A DNA stretch of 63,584 nt, filler included, from Octopus bimaculoides (Eukaryota): assembly GCF_001194135.2 (NCBI RefSeq). It is 5 parts of 5 records of this genome, joined end to end, with 100 filler letters (N's around TTAATTAATTAA, not from the genome) between each part and the next. Parts side by side here need not be neighbours in the genome. Positions count along the whole stretch, not along the records: positions 61,283 to 63,584 come from NW_026322534.1; 4 more parts are not named here. One strand, given 5' to 3'. The notes below the pieces were generated by a model that worked only from the letters and a program-made list of their open reading frames with translations, was not told where the DNA came from and searched no databases. Each line of letters opens with the position of its first letter. The first letter of the stretch is position 1. The position numbers were made by a program, and so were the translations under genes. This document shows, piece after piece, positions 63,014-63,584 of this stretch.

Positions 63014-63584
63014 ACTAATATATATATATATATATATTAGTTGTGTAGGTAGACTTACATACATACATGTCTGTTATTGAACATAAGAATAAGATATAAA
63101 AATGTACCTGAATCGTTCGTAGACGTTGGCGTATAATTCATATTATGTAAACTTACATTACAGCTTATCATACAAGGAAATTGTATGTTAAACGATGATG
63201 GTCGTATCGTATTCTCATCTGGATGAGATGATTGCTACAAGGACACAGATAATACATTCTAAGATGTCATAAGACTTATAAATACGATGGTAGAAAATTT
63301 TAAAGAATAATATAAAACTATCAACCTGTTGCTATTATAAAGACGTAAATACACCACACACCCACATATGTAAATATAAGTCTTGCATGTGTGCGTATAT
63401 GTTTCTCTTTCTCATTCTCTTCGTCTCTCTCTCTCTCTCTCTCTCTGTCTCTACCTCCATATGTATATAAATATATGATATACATACACGTATATTTATG
63501 TATACATGTAAGCACGTATATTCACATATTAAATGCATATATATACATACATACATATATACATACATACATATATATATATAT

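Overview
This is eukaryotic, AT-rich, microsatellite-dense draft sequence with many N gaps. The SINE families and simple-repeat spectrum look like an octopus (coleoid cephalopod) genome; that is recognition from memory, not a search result. I find no intact protein-coding gene, tRNA, rRNA or CRISPR array. Most of the listed ORFs are read-through of microsatellites, gaps or repeats. The window is intergenic or deep-intronic and built from transposon remnants: more than 20 tRNA-type SINE copies from about 6 families (several with clear target-site duplications), a full-length decayed mariner (55527-56801), a gapped Tc1 element (43894-44919), Tc1/mariner and hAT MITEs, a Penelope-like RT/GIY-YIG remnant (11405-12460) plus Penelope-type ends with hammerhead-like cores, a CRE-clade endonuclease remnant (about 1838-2300) and three R4/Dong-type 3' ends in TAA microsatellites. 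The most unusual structures are two neighbouring long foldbacks (41960-42110; 42486-42687), stacked R4/Dong ends, minimal hammerhead-like motifs and a 24-bp minisatellite. Assembly artefacts are an Illumina adapter and four TTAATTAATTAA spacer linkers. I see no convincing new biological system; the findings are leads. Coordinates were counted by eye, and the ends of decayed repeats are approximate.
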